Below, piece by piece: positions 44,729-54,439 of a stretch of 64,000 nucleotides of DNA. Every line of letters begins with the position of its first letter. Positions within the stretch are counted from its first letter, which is position 1. Made by a program: the position numbers and the translations under genes. Below the pieces are notes generated by a model. The model had not been told where the DNA came from and did not search any database. It was given only the letters and a program-made list of their open reading frames with translations. This stretch comes from Actinomycetota bacterium. GTDB lineage: Bacteria > Actinomycetota > UBA4738 > JACQTL01. Where the stretch lies: the NCBI GenBank assembly GCA_036394995.1, contig DASWED010000125.1, positions 341 through 64,340 of the forward strand, read 5' to 3'.

Positions 44729-45241
44729 ATGCAAAGGTCCCGAGACGCAACCATCGAACGTGCCGCCGACGATCTCCGGCTGGCCGAGCTCGCCGACGCC
44801 TTCGAGGCCCACTGGGCCGAGGTGGCCCGGTTCGTCCTCAACAAGCGGTGGAAGGCCGCCATGTACTCGGGTCCCGAGGCCCATCTGTCCCATCTCGAGC
44901 TGGCGGCCCTGACGCTCCTCGGCGATCGCGACTTCCGCATGGGCGACCTCGCCGCCCAGATCGGGCTCTCCGAGAGCTCGGCGACGCGTCTGGTCGACCG
45001 TCTGGCGGCGGCCGGCCTGGTCGAGCGGCGGGCCTCGCTGGCGGACCGGCGTTCCGTGTCGGCCGGGCTCACCGCCGAGGGCCGGAAGTCCGTGACGCGG
45101 ATCCGCGACGGCCGCCGGCGGTTCCTCACCGAGATCCTCACCGCGCTCCCCGCGGACGAGCGGGCGGAGCTGGTCAGGTTGTTCGGTCGCGTCGCCGACG
45201 AGCTCCGCCTCCGCGAAGGATCCAGCGAGGCCCACTCGTGA
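44729..45241 (+). CDS. MarR family transcriptional regulator
   Basis: LSHLELAALTLLGDRDFRMGDLAAQIGLSESSATRLVDRLAAAGLVERRASLADRRSVSAGLTAEG. Confidence 0.85.
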   Translation: MQRSRDATIERAADDLRLAELADAFEAHWAEVARFVLNKRWKAAMYSGPEAHLSHLELAALTLLGDRDFRMGDLAAQIGLSESSATRLVDRLAAAGLVERRASLADRRSVSAGLTAEGRKSVTRIRDGRRRFLTEILTALPADERAELVRLFGRVADELRLREGSSEAHS

Positions 45242-46752
45242 CCCGCCGCCAGATCCTCGTGGTGTTCGCCGGCGTCATGCTGGGCCTGTTCCTGGCGGCG
45301 CTCGACCAGACCATCGTCGCGACGGCCCTGCCGAGGATCGTGCAGGACCTCCACGGCGGCGAGCACCTGTCGTGGGTGGTCACGGCCTACCTGCTGACCT
45401 CGACGGTGACCGTGCCCCTCTACGGCAAGCTGTCCGACCTGCTCGGGCGGCGTGTCCTGTTCATCTTCTCGATCTCGGTGTTCCTCGTGGGGTCGGCGCT
45501 GTCGGGGCTGGCGCAGGACATGACCCAGCTGATCCTCTTCAGGGGGCTGCAGGGCCTCGGCGCCGGCGGGATCCTGCCCCTCGGCCTCATCGTGATCGGC
45601 GATCTGTTCTCGCCCCGGGAACGCGGCCGCTACCAGGGGATCACCGGAGGGGTGTTCGCGATGTCCTCCGTCATCGGCCCGCTCGTCGGCGGCTACCTCA
45701 CCGACAACGTCTCGTGGCGGTGGATCTTCTACGTGAACATCCCCATCGGCGCGGTGGCGCTGTTCGTGATCGTGACCACCATGCACCTCCCGCACGTGCG
45801 CAAGGAGCACCGCATCGACTACATGGGCGCGGCCGTGCTGACCTCCGCGGTCACGTGCCTGCTCCTGGTCTCGACCTGGGGCGGGAGGACCTACCCCTGG
45901 GGTTCGGCGCAGATCCTGGTTCCGGGCGCGGCGGCACTGGTCGGGCTCGCCGCGTTTGTCGTCATCGAGCGGCGGGCGTCCGAGCCCGTGCTGCCGCTCA
46001 CCCTGTTCCGCAGCGGCATCTTCACCGTGTCGAGCCTGGCCAGCCTGGTGATCGGCGCGGCGATGTTCGGCACGATCGTGTTCATCCCGCTGTTCGTGAC
46101 CGGCGTGATCCGGGGATCGGCCACCAACGCAGGGATCGTGCTGATCCCGCTCATGCTCGCGATCGTCTCCTCCGTCGTCGTGAGCGGGCAGATCGTGACG
46201 CGAACGGGGCGGTACAAGATCTTCCCGATCCTGGGGTCCGCGGTCACCCTGGCCGGGTTCTGGTTGCTGACCCGCCTCACGGTGGACGCCACGTCCGGGC
46301 AGGCCACGATCGCCATGGTGGTGATCGGGCTCGGGATCGGGCAGATGATGCAGACGTACACGCTCGCGGTGCAGAACGACGCACGCCGGGAGGACATGGG
46401 GGTGGCCACCGCCACGGTCCAGTTCGCCCGGTCCATCGGAGGGACCTTTGGAGTGGCCGTGTTCGGAACCGTCCTCGCCCAGCGTCTCGTGACGGAGGGC
46501 GACCTGCACGGGAGTGGCTCCCGGCTGGCCCTCGCCAACTCGCTCCACACGGTGTTCCTGATCGCCCTGCCGCTCGCGGCGCTCGCGCTGGTCCTGGCGT
46601 TCGCGCTGAAGGAGAAGCCTCTGCGGACGGTGGCGTTCGTGCACGACTCCGCCGCCGAGGTGGGCACCGACATGTCCGCCACCCCGGTGGGAGAGGAGGG
46701 GTCGGCAGAGATCGTCGACCTCGAGCTCTGCCGAGCGGAGGGGCGCAGCTGA
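45238..46752 (+). CDS. MFS transporter, DHA2 drug-efflux type
   Basis: The GTG overlaps the MarR stop (GTGA). VFAGVMLGLFLAALDQTIVATALPRI..YGKLSDLLGRR..FRGLQGLGAGG. Confidence 0.85.
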   Translation: MTRRQILVVFAGVMLGLFLAALDQTIVATALPRIVQDLHGGEHLSWVVTAYLLTSTVTVPLYGKLSDLLGRRVLFIFSISVFLVGSALSGLAQDMTQLILFRGLQGLGAGGILPLGLIVIGDLFSPRERGRYQGITGGVFAMSSVIGPLVGGYLTDNVSWRWIFYVNIPIGAVALFVIVTTMHLPHVRKEHRIDYMGAAVLTSAVTCLLLVSTWGGRTYPWGSAQILVPGAAALVGLAAFVVIERRASEPVLPLTLFRSGIFTVSSLASLVIGAAMFGTIVFIPLFVTGVIRGSATNAGIVLIPLMLAIVSSVVVSGQIVTRTGRYKIFPILGSAVTLAGFWLLTRLTVDATSGQATIAMVVIGLGIGQMMQTYTLAVQNDARREDMGVATATVQFARSIGGTFGVAVFGTVLAQRLVTEGDLHGSGSRLALANSLHTVFLIALPLAALALVLAFALKEKPLRTVAFVHDSAAEVGTDMSATPVGEEGSAEIVDLELCRAEGRS

Positions 46753-46762
46753 ATCCACGGTG

Positions 46763-46807
46763 CACCCATCTGTCGCGGGCGGAGGACCTCCGCTGGCCCG
46801 ATGGGTG
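46763..46807 (+). terminator. Nested two-tier stem-loop just after the MFS gene
   Basis: The outer stem CACCCATC...GATGGGTG encloses GCGGAG-gac-CTCCGC. It starts 11 nt after the stop. Confidence 0.35.
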
Positions 46808-46899
46808 GATGGCTCCCCGAGCCACGGACCGGTAGCCTGCCCCGGAGCGCACGGGCTTCAGGAGCGCCCGGGCGAGAAGTCCCGAGGAGGTTCGCGAAC

Positions 46900-48255
46900 G
46901 TGGGCACCATCGACATGGTCACGGAGATCCCCGGCCCGAGATCGCGGGCCATCCTGGAACGCAAGGAGCGGGTGGTGTGCAACCCGCTCGACATCCACGC
47001 CCCGGCGGTCATCGCCGAGGCCCTCGGCGCGGCGTTCACCGACGCCGACGGCAACACGCTCCTGGACTTCTCGGGCGGCCTGGGGTGCCACCTCGTCGGT
47101 TACTCGCACCCCAAGGTCGTGGAGGCGGTCCAGCGCCAGGCCGCGCGGTTCTCCCACACGGACTTCTCGGTGATCCCGTACGAGGTCTACTTGGAGCTGG
47201 CCGAGTGGCTGGTCCGGCTCACCGGTGGCGGCGACCGGAAGGTCGCGCTGTTCAACGCCGGGGCCGAGGCCGTGGAGAACGCGGTGAAGTTCGCCAAGGC
47301 CTTCACCGGCCGGACCGCGCTGATCTGCTTCGAGGGCGCGTTCCACGGACGGACCCTGCTCACGATGTCGCTGACCAGCCGGCACCGGCCGTACAAGACC
47401 GGCTTCGGGCCGTTCGCGCCGGAGGTGTACCGGTTCCCGTTCCCGTACCCCTACCGCAGCACGCACCCCGAGGAGGCCGGCCGGGCGGCACTCGAGGCGC
47501 TGGAGCGAGGGTTCACGACCGTCGTCGACCCCCGGACGGTGGCCGCCGCCATCGTCGAACCGATCCAGGGCGAGGGCGGCTTCATCGTTCCCACCCCGGA
47601 GTTCCTGTCCGGCCTGAAGGACCTGTGCGCCCGCCACGGCATCCTGGTGATCGCCGACGAGATCCAGTCGGGGACCGGCCGAACCGGGACGTTCCTGGCC
47701 TCGGAGCACTTCGATTTCGAACCGGACCTGGTGTGCCTGGCCAAGTCCCTGGCGAACGGATATCCGCTCTCGGCGGTCGTGGGCAGGGCAGAGATCATGG
47801 ACTCGCCGGGACCGAGCGCGATCGGCGGCACCTACGTGGGGAACCCGGTGGCCTGCGCCGCCGCGGTCGCCGTCCTCGACGTCATCGAGGAGGAGGGGCT
47901 GCTGGAGCGGGCGGAGGTCGTGGGCAAGACGATCCGGTCGCGGTGGGAGCACATCGCCGAGGACGTCCCCGAGGTGGGCGAGGTCCGGGGCGTGGGCGCC
48001 ATGATCGGCGTCGAGTTCGTCCAGGACCGGGAGACTCGCGAGCCGAGCGGGGAGTTCGTCGGGGCCCTCATGCAGGAGGCCATGGGCCGCGGCGTGGTCA
48101 CCGTGTCCTGCGGGCCGTACCACAACGTGCTCCGGCACCTCGTGCCGCTGGTCATCACCGACGAGCAGCTGGACGAGGGGCTCGACGTCCTGGCCGAGAG
48201 CGCCGCGGCGGCGCACCGGCGCCCCGGCCGGATGGGCGGCGACGACCCCAGCTGA
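46900..48255 (+). CDS. gabT: Class III aminotransferase, 4-aminobutyrate:2-oxoglutarate transaminase-like
   Basis: GTG 46900 after GAGGAGG. TEIPGPRS..NAGAEAVENAVKFAKAFTGR..FHGRTLLTMSLTS..EPIQGEGGFIVP..IADEIQSGTGRTG..LAKSLANGYPLSAV. Confidence 0.8.
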   Translation: MGTIDMVTEIPGPRSRAILERKERVVCNPLDIHAPAVIAEALGAAFTDADGNTLLDFSGGLGCHLVGYSHPKVVEAVQRQAARFSHTDFSVIPYEVYLELAEWLVRLTGGGDRKVALFNAGAEAVENAVKFAKAFTGRTALICFEGAFHGRTLLTMSLTSRHRPYKTGFGPFAPEVYRFPFPYPYRSTHPEEAGRAALEALERGFTTVVDPRTVAAAIVEPIQGEGGFIVPTPEFLSGLKDLCARHGILVIADEIQSGTGRTGTFLASEHFDFEPDLVCLAKSLANGYPLSAVVGRAEIMDSPGPSAIGGTYVGNPVACAAAVAVLDVIEEEGLLERAEVVGKTIRSRWEHIAEDVPEVGEVRGVGAMIGVEFVQDRETREPSGEFVGALMQEAMGRGVVTVSCGPYHNVLRHLVPLVITDEQLDEGLDVLAESAAAAHRRPGRMGGDDPS

Positions 48256-48280
48256 CGATCGGGCCCGGGACCGGGCGCCA

Positions 48281-49891
48281 TCACGAAGGCGCGGACGGGC
48301 TGGGGCTCGGGCTTCCGCTGGGACTCGGGCCCGGCGATGGCGCGACGGCGTCGACCAGGATGCCGAGGGTGGCCGGTCGCGAACCGGTGCCGTTCGACGA
48401 CAGCGCCTGGATGGTCACCCGGTAGACCCCCGGTGGGACGGGGGAGCCCGATCCATCGGTGCCGTCCCACTCCAGACTCAGGCCGTCCCGGTACTGGAAC
48501 CGGCTGGCGTAGACGGAGCCGTCCACCCCGCTCACGGTGACGTGCCAGGTCAGGGGCCCGGCCGACGTGGCGTAGAAGCGCGTGGAGGTCACCCCCGCCT
48601 TCACCACCCGCCTGGTCTCGCCGGGCCGGTACAGCTTGGGCTGGCCGGCCGCCTCCACCACGTCGCGGATGTCCGGCAGCCGGGGGTAGAGCAGGGCGCC
48701 CGGGCAGTCGGTGTTCCCGGTGTCGAGGTGGCCCGCGATCACCGGCAGGGTCACGCGGGTTCCGGCCGGGTAGCGGGTCGTGGAGCCGCCCTCGGACACC
48801 ATCGACGTGGTCCCGAGCGGCGGGAGGTGCGCGACGTCCAGCCGCCACGTCAGCAGCCGCTCCAGCGAGGCCACGGTGGCGGCGGGCGGTGCCTCCTCCT
48901 GCCAGTTCCCCATGGTGGAGATCGAGAACGTGTTCGGGTTGAACCCCATCTGCGAGCCGGGCTGCACCGGGCGGCTCGGCCCGCCGGCCCGGCCCACGAA
49001 GATCGTGCCGAACCGGTCGATCAGGAAGTTGTACGCGATGTCGCAGTAGCCCCGTTCCTGGGTGTGGTACCAGTAGATCGCCCGCACGATGTCGTCGGAC
49101 TGCGCGGCCGTGTACCCGTTCGTTCCGGACGTGTGATGGACGAACGCCATCTTCACCCGGTCGTTGTAGTACGGGGCCGAACAGCCCGCGGTGCCGGTGT
49201 TGAAGTAGCGGGGGTCCGCGCCCCACTGCGCGCGGGTCACCCACGCCGGCCGGGCCTCGGATGCGCTGGCGGAGGACACGCCGGGCGCCGCCTGCACCGG
49301 TTCCTGGGGGGGCGCCGTCTCCGGGCCCGCGGCCGACCCCGACGTGTTCACGAACGCTGCGTGCAGCCCCGCCAGGGCGGTGTGCGCGGGGACGGTGAGG
49401 GTGAACCGGATGCACCGGCTGCCGCCCGTCCACACGAGCCCGGTGTCCTGGCGTTCCGGATGGTAGTCCGGCGTGGTGGGGCCGGGGCCCTCGCTGGGCT
49501 CCGCGCCGACCACCTGCGGCAGCTCGAACGCGGTACGCGAGCTCCCAGCCGCCACCCTGCCGTCGACGGGCGCAACCGATCCGGTCTGGTTCCATCCCAG
49601 GGCCACGGCCGTGAACCAGATCGGTGAGCACACGGTCTGCGGCGACGTCGTCGCCGGGCGCGCGAAGGCCCGGATCGTCCCGTCGCGGCTCACGGCGAGG
49701 GCGTCGCCGGCCGACCGGGCGGATCGCGCCATCGCGGCCGGGGCGATCGGGACCTCCCGGGCGACCGTGGTGGGCGCGGGCGACCCGTGCGCGCTCGGCA
49801 GCAGCGGGATCCATCCGGCGACCGTGACCGTCACGGCCGTGGCGAGCACGGCTGCGGCGCGGCGGGCACGGCTCCTGCGGACAGCTGGCAT
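48281..49891 (-). CDS. Secreted N-acetylmuramoyl-L-alanine amidase (Amidase_2/PGRP domain) with a C-terminal FlgD-Ig-like domain
   Basis: ATG 49891. Signal peptide AAAVLATAVTVTVAGWIPLLPSAHG. Core MAFVHHTSGTNGY..IYWYHTQERGYCDIAYNFLIDRFG. Tail LEWDGTDGSGSPVPPGVYRVTIQA and a PS-rich end. Confidence 0.8.
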   Translation of the reverse strand: MPAVRRSRARRAAAVLATAVTVTVAGWIPLLPSAHGSPAPTTVAREVPIAPAAMARSARSAGDALAVSRDGTIRAFARPATTSPQTVCSPIWFTAVALGWNQTGSVAPVDGRVAAGSSRTAFELPQVVGAEPSEGPGPTTPDYHPERQDTGLVWTGGSRCIRFTLTVPAHTALAGLHAAFVNTSGSAAGPETAPPQEPVQAAPGVSSASASEARPAWVTRAQWGADPRYFNTGTAGCSAPYYNDRVKMAFVHHTSGTNGYTAAQSDDIVRAIYWYHTQERGYCDIAYNFLIDRFGTIFVGRAGGPSRPVQPGSQMGFNPNTFSISTMGNWQEEAPPAATVASLERLLTWRLDVAHLPPLGTTSMVSEGGSTTRYPAGTRVTLPVIAGHLDTGNTDCPGALLYPRLPDIRDVVEAAGQPKLYRPGETRRVVKAGVTSTRFYATSAGPLTWHVTVSGVDGSVYASRFQYRDGLSLEWDGTDGSGSPVPPGVYRVTIQALSSNGTGSRPATLGILVDAVAPSPGPSPSGSPSPSPSAPS

Positions 49892-50094
49892 CGACGGCGT
49901 CTCCCGGTGTTCGCCGGCATGGGTCGGGGGGTCCTTCCTACCCGACCGGCGGAGTCCTGGCAAGCATTCGTATCGGCATCGCCGGTGGATCCGCTGAAAT
50001 CACGGCCACCGGGCGGGGCGGGGATACCGGGAATCGGGGAGCGCGGGCTCCGCGTCCGGGGCATTCGGGCCGCCGGTCTGGGATGCTCGGCGCC

Positions 50095-50301
50095 ATGTGC
50101 CGGAGCATCAAGGTCCTCCGCCGGCCCGACGAGCCGGCCACCGAGCAGGAGATCCAGGAGGCCGCGCTGCAGTTCGTTCGCAAGGTGAGCGGGTATCGCG
50201 CGCCGTCGCGGGCCAACGCCGAGGCGTTCGACGCGGCGGTGCGCGACGTGGCCGAGGCCTCCCGCCGGCTGCTCGAGGCCGTCGCGGCCCCGAAGCGGTA
50301 G
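50095..50301 (+). CDS. DUF2277-type small conserved protein
   Basis: MCRSIKVLRRPDEPATEQEIQEAALQFVRKVSGYRAPSRANAEAFDAAVRDVAEASRRLL matches the pattern I recall for this actinobacterial family. Confidence 0.65.
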   Translation: MCRSIKVLRRPDEPATEQEIQEAALQFVRKVSGYRAPSRANAEAFDAAVRDVAEASRRLLEAVAAPKR

Positions 50302-50343
50302 CCGGACCCCCCGCGGGCGTTCGTATCTGCGAAGCTGCCCGCC

Positions 50344-51219
50344 GTGAACGACCAGACCGACTCCGCCCCGGGGCGGCCCCCCGCACCGGCGGAAAGCGCC
50401 GTCGAACGGGCCCTGGCCTCGAACCGCGCGCTGTGGGACGAGTGGGCCGACATCAACGCCCGGTCGGAGTTCTACCGGATCGATGAGTTCCGGGCGGGCC
50501 GGTCCAAGCTGCGTCCGTACGAGCTGGATGAGATCGGCCCGGTCCTCGGCAGGACCCTGCTCCACCTGCAGTGCCACTTCGGGCTCGACACCCTGTCGTG
50601 GGCCAGGGAGGGGGCGGTGGTCACGGGGGCGGACTTCTCGCCGCGAGCCCTCGAGATCGCCCGGGCGCTGGCCGACGAGCTCGGCGTGCCCGCCACCTTC
50701 GTGGAATCGGACCTGTATGAGCTGCCGGATCGGCTCGAGGGGCAGTTCGACGTGGTCTACACCTCCCGCGGCGTGATCGGGTGGTTGCCGGACGTCCGCC
50801 GGTGGGCCGAGGTGGCGGCGCATTTCGTGGCGCCGGGCGGGTTCTTCTACGTCACCGAGGTCCATCCGATCTTCTGGGCGTTCGACGACGAGGGCGAGGT
50901 CGACTTCCGCAGTCCCCGGCTGCGGTATCCGTACTGGACGCACGACGACCCCCTGGAGTTCGAGGTGCAGGGCTCCTACGCGGACCGGACGGCGACGGTG
51001 GCCTCCACGCACGAGTACGGCTGGAACCACTCGCTCGGCGAGATCGTCACGGCGCTCGCCGAGAACGGCCTGCGGATCGAGTTCCTCCAGGAGTTCCCGT
51101 TCCTCGAATGGCCGGCGCCAGGGCTGGAGCCGCGGGACGACGGCACCCACCGGCTGCCCGCAGAGCTGGACGGGACCCTCCCGCTGTTCTTCTCGCTGAA
51201 GGCGTCGAAACCGGCGTGA
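50344..51219 (+). CDS. Class I SAM-dependent methyltransferase
   Basis: TLLHLQCHFGLDTLSWAREGAVVTGADFSPRALEIAR..FDVVYTSRGVIGWLPD is a motif I / post-I pattern. Confidence 0.8.
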   Translation: MNDQTDSAPGRPPAPAESAVERALASNRALWDEWADINARSEFYRIDEFRAGRSKLRPYELDEIGPVLGRTLLHLQCHFGLDTLSWAREGAVVTGADFSPRALEIARALADELGVPATFVESDLYELPDRLEGQFDVVYTSRGVIGWLPDVRRWAEVAAHFVAPGGFFYVTEVHPIFWAFDDEGEVDFRSPRLRYPYWTHDDPLEFEVQGSYADRTATVASTHEYGWNHSLGEIVTALAENGLRIEFLQEFPFLEWPAPGLEPRDDGTHRLPAELDGTLPLFFSLKASKPA

Positions 51220-51716
51220 ACGCGCAGGTCGCCATCGGACCGATGCGCCCCGAGGACTGGCCGGCGGTTCGGGGGATCTTCGAGGAGGGCATCGCCGGCG
51301 GGAACGCGACGTTCGAGATGTACGCCCCGACCTGGGACGCCTGGGACCGCGGCCACCTCCGGGAGTGCCGCCTGGTGGCCCGGAGCGGGGACCGGGTCGT
51401 CGGGTGGGTCGCTCTGTCCCCGGTCTCCCAGCGGGCCGTGTACCGGGGCGTTGCTGAACTGAGCATCTACGTCGCCGGGGACGCCCGCGGCAAGGGAGTG
51501 GGACGAGCGCTGCTCCGGCGACTGATCGATGACTCCGAGGAGGCCGACATCTGGACCCTCCAGGCCGGCGTCATGGCCGAGAACGAGGCCAGCCTCGCGT
51601 TGCACCGTTCGTGCGGGTTCCGCGAGGTCGGCCGCCGCGAGCGCATCGGCAAGCACGCCGACGGTTGGCGCGACGTGGTCCTCCTGGAGCGCCGCAGCCC
51701 CGTGGTCGGCCGCTGA
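51216..51716 (+). CDS. GNAT N-acetyltransferase (phosphinothricin-acetyltransferase-like)
   Basis: The GTG overlaps the upstream stop (GTGA). IRPMRPEDWPAVRGIFEEGIAGGNATFE..VYRGVAELSIYVAGDARGKGVGRALL..FREVGRRERIGKHADGWRDVVLLER. Confidence 0.85.
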   Translation: MNAQVAIGPMRPEDWPAVRGIFEEGIAGGNATFEMYAPTWDAWDRGHLRECRLVARSGDRVVGWVALSPVSQRAVYRGVAELSIYVAGDARGKGVGRALLRRLIDDSEEADIWTLQAGVMAENEASLALHRSCGFREVGRRERIGKHADGWRDVVLLERRSPVVGR

Positions 51717-51732
51717 CGCCCGCCGCAGGAGC

Positions 51733-52131
51733 TCAGACCCGGTAGCCGACCACGGTCACCTCCAGGCGGGTCCCGGCCGCGACGCCCGATGCCTGGACCT
51801 TGATGCACCACGGTGCGCTCGGGGGCGAGGTGGGGCGGCTGATCAGCGGCAGCGGGTAGGCGAGGTGCTGCGTCGAGGCGGCCGGGACGAACACCGAGGT
51901 GTACGTCCCCAGGCTGGATCCGGTAGTGCTGAAGCAGCTCTGGCCGGAGCTCGGCTGGAAGCCGAACAGCTCCACCTTGTTCGATGTGTTCCCCACGTTG
52001 GCGACGGTCAGGGTCGTCAGCGCGAACCGCGCCGAGGTGGACAGATTCGAGAGCACGGGTGAGCTGGGGCCGGCGGACGACAGGACCACCCAGGACGTCA
52101 GCGACAGGTAGTCGGCCGGCCGCGCGTACAA
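51733..52131 (-). CDS. Hypothetical Ser/Thr-rich beta-type protein, no recognisable family
   Basis: 132 aa, TTG start, high GC3 throughout. ..FALTTLTVANVGNTSNKVELFGFQPSSGQSCFSTTGSSLGTYTSVFVP..RLEVTVVGYRV. No signal peptide. Confidence 0.45.
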   Translation of the reverse strand: MYARPADYLSLTSWVVLSSAGPSSPVLSNLSTSARFALTTLTVANVGNTSNKVELFGFQPSSGQSCFSTTGSSLGTYTSVFVPAASTQHLAYPLPLISRPTSPPSAPWCIKVQASGVAAGTRLEVTVVGYRV

Positions 52132-52261
52132 AGCGTGTGCGGGTCGTGGCTCTCGGCGTTCGTTCGGGTGCCTGCCGGGAGGTCGCGGACCACCCGTGAC
52201 GGGTATACAGACTGGGCACTAGCATCGCCTGGACCGCTACCTGCCTGAAAGGAACGGGTCG

Positions 52262-53227
52262 ATGACCACGCGCGTGACCAGGCCGAGGCGTTCGTGCCTG
52301 TCGGTGCCCGGCTCCTCGCCGAAGATGCTGTCGAAGGCTCCGGGTCTCCCCGCCGACGAGGTGTTCATGGACCTCGAGGACTCCGTGGCGCCGGGCGCCA
52401 AGGAGGAGGCCCGCCAGAACATCGTCCAGGGCCTCAAGGAGGGCGACTGGACCGGCAAGACGGTCGTCGTGCGGGTGAACGGCGTCTACACGAAGTGGTG
52501 CGCCCGGGACGTGATCGAGGTGGTGGAGAACGCCGGCGAGCTCCTCGACTGCCTGATGATCCCCAAGGTCGAGCACGCGTCCGACGTGACGTTCGTCGAC
52601 AACCTCCTGCGGATGATCGAGGACACGCTGGGCCTGGAGAAGCGCATCGGCCTGGAGATCCAGATCGAGACGGCCACCGGCCTGACGAACATCGACGAGA
52701 TCGCCGCGGCCTCGGATCGCGCCGAGACCCTCATCTTCGGCCCGGCCGACATGAGCGCGTCGCTCGGCCTGCCCACCGTCACCGCCGGGCTCGCCATGCC
52801 GAACTACCCCGGCGATCACTTCCACTACGTGCTGGAGCGGATCCTCATCGCCGCCCGGCACCAGGGGCTCCAGGTGATCGACGGGCCGTACCTCGTGATC
52901 AAGGACCTCGACGGGTTCCGGGAGATGTCGCTCCGCAGCCGCGCCCTCGGCTACGACGGCAAGTGGGCCCTGCACCCCGGCCAGATCGACGTCCTCAACG
53001 AGGTGTTCACCCCGAGCCAGGACGAGTTCGACAAGGCCGAGGCCATGCTCGAGGCTTACGAGCACGCCACGGACGTCCAGCTCACCGGCGCGGTGATGTT
53101 CGGCACCGAGATGATCGACGAGGCCTCCCGGAAGATGGCCGAGCAGCTGGCCCTCCGCGGCCGCGCCGCCGGCCTGACGCGCATGAAGTCGCTCGGGGAC
53201 TTCACGGCACCGAAGGGCGAGGGGTAG
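52262..53227 (+). CDS. HpcH/HpaI aldolase / CitE-like acyl-CoA lyase (malyl-/citramalyl-/HMG-CoA lyase type)
   Basis: RRSCLSVPGSSPKML..DEVFMDLEDSVAP..VVVRVNG..LMIPKVE..IETATGL..LIFGPADMSASLG..DGKWALHPGQI. Confidence 0.85.
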   Translation: MTTRVTRPRRSCLSVPGSSPKMLSKAPGLPADEVFMDLEDSVAPGAKEEARQNIVQGLKEGDWTGKTVVVRVNGVYTKWCARDVIEVVENAGELLDCLMIPKVEHASDVTFVDNLLRMIEDTLGLEKRIGLEIQIETATGLTNIDEIAAASDRAETLIFGPADMSASLGLPTVTAGLAMPNYPGDHFHYVLERILIAARHQGLQVIDGPYLVIKDLDGFREMSLRSRALGYDGKWALHPGQIDVLNEVFTPSQDEFDKAEAMLEAYEHATDVQLTGAVMFGTEMIDEASRKMAEQLALRGRAAGLTRMKSLGDFTAPKGEG

Positions 53228-53230
53228 CCG

Positions 53231-54430
53231 ATGGCCGGCGGGACGCCCATCGGCTCAGGACTGGTCGAGCTCACCGACGAGCAGCGGGAGATCGTCTCGA
53301 CGGTCCGCGACTTCGTGGAACGGGAGGTCATCCCGGTCGCGGACGAGCTGGAGCACCGGGACGAGTTCCCCGAGAAGATCGTCGAGCACATGAAGGAGCT
53401 CGGCCTGTTCGGGCTCACGGTGCCCGAGGAGTACGGTGGGGCCGGGCTCGACCTCATGACCTACGCGCTGGTCGGCGTGGAGCTGTCCCGGGGCTGGATG
53501 TCGCTCTCCGGGATCATGAACACGCACTTCATGGCCATCTACCTGCTGAAGAAGCAGGGATCCGACGAGCAGAAGGAGAGATGGCTCCCCCGGATGGCCA
53601 CCGGCGAGCTCCGGGCCGCGCTCTCCATGTCCGAACCCGGCGCGGGCTCCGACGTCCAGGCCATCCAGTGCAGGGCCGTCCGCGACGGCGACTCCTACGT
53701 CGTGAACGGCACCAAGATGTGGGTGACGAACGGCCTCCGCGCCGGGCTCGTCGTGCTCCTGTGCAAGACCGACCCCGAGGCCGACCCGCCCTACAAGGGC
53801 ATGTCCGTCCTGATGGTGGAGAAGGACGCCGACGAGCGGAAGTTCGAGGGCATCACGGTCCCGCCGAACATCGAGAAGATGGGCTACCACGGCGTGGAGA
53901 CCACCGAGCTGGTCTTCGAGGACCACCGGGTGCCGGCGGAGAACCTCCTGGGGTCGGAGGGCGAGGGGTTCCGCTACATCATGGACGGCATCGAGGTGGG
54001 GCGGGTGAACGTGAGCGCGCGCGCCGTTGGCCTGGCCACAAGGGCGTTCGAGGAGGCCATCGAGTACGCGCAGCAGCGGGTGGCGTTCGGCAAGCCCATC
54101 GCCCAGCACCAGATGATCCAGGAGAAGCTGGCCCACATGGGCACGCTGCTCGAGGCCTCACGCCTGATGCTGCTCCAGGCCGCCAAGAAGAAGTCGGCCG
54201 GCGAGCGCAGCGACCTCGAGGCCGGCATGGCCAAGTACTTCTGCACCGAGGCCTGCCACGAGATCGTGACCGAGTCCCTCCGCGTCCACGGCGGATACGG
54301 CTACAGCGCCGAGTACACGATCGAGCGCCTGTACCGCGACGCCCCGTTCCTGCTGATTGGAGAGGGCACCAGCGAGATCCAGAAGCTGGTGATCTCCCGG
54401 CAGCTCCTGGAGCGCTACAAGGTCACGTAG
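53231..54430 (+). CDS. Acyl-CoA dehydrogenase
   Basis: LTDEQREIVSTVRDFVE..ALSMSEPGAGSDV..YVVNGTKMWVTNG..RVAFGKPIAQHQMIQEKLA..GGYGYSAEYTIERLYRDA..IGEGTSEIQ. Confidence 0.9.
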   Translation: MAGGTPIGSGLVELTDEQREIVSTVRDFVEREVIPVADELEHRDEFPEKIVEHMKELGLFGLTVPEEYGGAGLDLMTYALVGVELSRGWMSLSGIMNTHFMAIYLLKKQGSDEQKERWLPRMATGELRAALSMSEPGAGSDVQAIQCRAVRDGDSYVVNGTKMWVTNGLRAGLVVLLCKTDPEADPPYKGMSVLMVEKDADERKFEGITVPPNIEKMGYHGVETTELVFEDHRVPAENLLGSEGEGFRYIMDGIEVGRVNVSARAVGLATRAFEEAIEYAQQRVAFGKPIAQHQMIQEKLAHMGTLLEASRLMLLQAAKKKSAGERSDLEAGMAKYFCTEACHEIVTESLRVHGGYGYSAEYTIERLYRDAPFLLIGEGTSEIQKLVISRQLLERYKVT

Positions 54431-54439
54431 GGGGTCCGG

